NCBI GenBank assembly: GCA_027310535.1
Contig: DAIDAQ010000007.1
Location: forward strand, 1-47,547
DNA length: 47,547 nucleotides
Source of the DNA: Candidatus Micrarchaeaceae archaeon
GTDB taxonomy: Archaea; Micrarchaeota; Micrarchaeia; Micrarchaeales; Micrarchaeaceae
Direction: 5' to 3'
How positions within the stretch are numbered: position 1 is the stretch's first letter; each line of letters starts with the position of its first letter. The notes below the pieces were generated by a model that had not been told where the DNA came from, ran no database searches, and worked only from the letters and a program-made list of their open reading frames with translations. Made by a program: the position numbers and the translations under genes. This document shows positions 45,587 through 47,547 of this stretch, piece after piece.

Positions 45587-47241
45587 ATGCTGTTGCTTTT
45601 CGTGCTGCTGAGCTTCAATGCAATCTACACTCTGATACCCATCATCGTCATCGTGATCCTCATAGCAGCTGCGGCAGGGCTGATGCGCGGCATGAACGTT
45701 TTAGCTTCTTCGGGTTCGGGACCGTGATCGGCCTCGCAAGGGGAACTACATCGGGTAAGGCGAAAGGCCTATCTGGCGGAGCCCATGTCGGCAAGACCGC
45801 AGGTGCAAGGTTCCAGAGGCAGACATTGCGAAGGGGTAAGGAGCTGTTCAAGGGCCGGAAGAGCGGACTTAAGGCAATATTCAGCGTCGTAGGCATCGGT
45901 GCCACAGGGGCGCTCGGTTCAGCAATTGCGCATTCGGGCGCCGCTACCGCGGCTACAGGCCTGTTCGGCGCAACGGCCACAAAAAACGCAGTGCCGCTCG
46001 AATCTTCGCTCTCTGCTAAGGAACGCGAGCGAAAGTTCGGCAGGATGAGGCAGATCCAAAGGAGGCTGGGCGAGCTTGAGGAAGCGGAAAAGAGCCAAAA
46101 GGACGTGGCAAAACTGGAAAAGATGGGGGTAAGGGGCTACAAGGCAAGCCAGCCAGTATCCGGGGTAGGCAGCATTGTCAAATTTTCCTTTTCGAATATG
46201 GCATTCTACCGCCGCGACAAGAGCGGAATATATAGGTTCATGCCCATCCTTGGTCCAATACCATTTATCGGCAAGTACTTCAAAGCAGGGAGGGAGGCCG
46301 TGCTTTCTGAGAAGGACAAGCTTCTAAAAGAGCGCGATAAGCTGCGCAATGAGCTCAACAAGGCCAGCGGTGCGGCGCAGAACAGGACAATTTACCTCAA
46401 AGCTGTTGCCGAGAAGGCAGGTATAAAGAGGAAAGACTTCGCCAAGGAGATCAAAAAGCCAGGAATGGAGAAGGCGCTAGAAGCCTATGATAAGTACGGA
46501 AGCGCCGCTGCCGCTTTCAGATATCTACCATCGGCACTAAAAGAAGGCCTGAGCGCGGCAAGGAATGAGTACCTGGAGGAGCGCGCCAGGCGCGAAGCAA
46601 GGAGGGCAGCAGCCATTCCCCCCGTGCGGCATCCCGTGCCGCTGCCCCTGCAGTATCCCGTGCCGCATCCCGTGCGGCATCCCATGCCGCATACCAGGCA
46701 GCATCCCGTGCCGCATCCCGTGCAGCATCCCATGCCGCATACCAGGCAGCATCCCATGCCGCATACCAGGCAGCATCCCATGCCGCATACCAGGCAGCAT
46801 CCCGTGCGGCATCCCGTGCCGCTGCCCCTGCAGCATCCCATGCCGCATCCCGTGCCGCTGTCCTCCGAGGAACAATCTAGCACACTCACAGAGAAAGAGG
46901 GCAGGCTGCTGAAGGGGGTCATGGACGCCTACCTAGCGAAGCAGGGTGCGGAAGCTAACTATGCCGAGCGCAAGGCAGAGCCGCGGCATTTTATACGGAT
47001 GTGGGAGGCCCACTACAGCGTAAAGGCCGCGCGGGCAGGGTACAAGGAGCAGTTCAAGTATGCAAACAGTGTTTTGAAGTACTCCCACGATCCAGAGCTG
47101 AGAGGCACGGTCGTCGATTTTGAGACAGGCCCGAAACTCCTGCACAAGCGCCAGGAGAGACCTGGTGGCAGGTTCAGCCGCATGGTCGACGGGATAAGGC
47201 TTAATTTCATAGAACAGGCTCACAAGAAGAAGAAAGGGTGA
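45587..47241 (+). CDS. Membrane-associated basic protein with His/Pro repeat; frameshift at T4 run 45699-45702
   Basis: MLLLFVLLSFNAIYTLIPIIVIVILIAAAAGLMRGMN joins VFSFFGFGTVIGLARG (ORF 45724-47241) if one T is added. Confidence 0.65.
46621..46860 (+). repeat. Intragenic tandem array of ~20 x 12-bp units (CATCCCGTGCCG/CATCCCATGCCG/CATACCAGGCAG variants)
   Basis: Directly visible; encodes HPVP/HPMP/HTRQ/LPLQ tetrapeptides. Confidence 0.95.
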
Positions 47242-47245
47242 TCCT

Positions 47246-47547
47246 ATGAGTATAGACGAGATGGTGGATGCCCATTTCGGGATGATAAGCAAGTCCCAGG
47301 CGGCAGGCGCCATTTTGCCAGTGGCTGCCCCACAAATGGGAGAGGCAGGGCGGGGTGGTGCTAGCGTGCATGCCCTACTCGAGTTCATCGACGCAAGCAA
47401 AGAAGGGAGAGCGCAGCAATACACAATAAATGTCGAGGACCGCGTCTACAGGGTATTTAATCCCTTAAGGGAGAGCGGGAAAGCCCTGTATAGGACACTT
47501 GTGCTCGGCAGTGAGGGAGGCACAGTGCAGGTGAGGTTATACAGAGG
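47246..47547 (+). CDS. Partial ORF running off the window end; possible OB-fold protein
   Basis: MSIDEMVDAHFG...INVEDRVYRVF...RTLVLGSEGGTVQVRLY strand pattern reminiscent of RPA-type OB folds. Confidence 0.45.
   Translation, partial: MSIDEMVDAHFGMISKSQAAGAILPVAAPQMGEAGRGGASVHALLEFIDASKEGRAQQYTINVEDRVYRVFNPLRESGKALYRTLVLGSEGGTVQVRLYR

Noticed and set aside
46621..46860. Possible CRISPR array
   Set aside because: Units are 12 bp, contiguous, lack unique spacers and are in frame in a CDS; no cas genes in the window
46485..46922. Cys-rich metallothionein-like ORFs (46485-46922 minus, 46565-46912 plus) and GMRH-repeat ORF 46537-46875
   Set aside because: Alternative frames of the stop-free 12-bp array inside a longer coherent gene; no independent start signals

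Overview
Archaeal chromosomal segment, most consistent with a DPANN archaeon (probably Micrarchaeota; inferred from archaeal r-proteins, split rpoB''/rpoB' with fused rpoA'A'', GGTGA-type SD sites and many divergent core proteins). It contains: (i) 1-7 kb: a frameshifted transglutaminase-like gene end, a class I aminotransferase, vapBC, an IS5-like remnant, a base-excision repair cluster (two divergent Nth paralogs plus EndoQ), a peroxiredoxin and a ZIP transporter; (ii) 7-12.8 kb: a cut-out block of the spc ribosomal operon (rnp1-S17-L14-L24-S4e-L5-S14-S8-L6-L32e-L19e-L18-S5); (iii) 12.8-18.8 kb: DUF373, orphans, a DisA_N (diadenylate-cyclase-like) protein, gdhA, DUF192, and a ybjQ pseudogene hit by a decayed IS; (iv) 19-26.4 kb: RNA polymerase operon rpoH-B''-B'-A(fused) with unusual active-site substitutions, then an Sm-like gene; (v) 26.4-33 kb: tRNA-Ala(GGC) followed by a decayed integrated element (integrase, HerA/VirB4-like ATPase and IS remnants) and a copper/heavy-metal gene island (2 YHS proteins, copA remnant, small Cys/His/Met proteins), an ABC exporter and an orphan encapsulin-type ferritin; (vi) pdaD, then an 11.8-kb ORF for a 3942-aa membrane-anchored surface protein with a long period-4 helical stalk, propeller-like and Ig-like modules, followed by a membrane-associated gene with a homopolymer frameshift and a 12-bp tandem array. 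Best novelty candidates: the giant surface-protein locus, the aberrant RNAP catalytic motifs, and the tRNA-anchored metal island. All family assignments are by motif recognition from memory; no searches were run.
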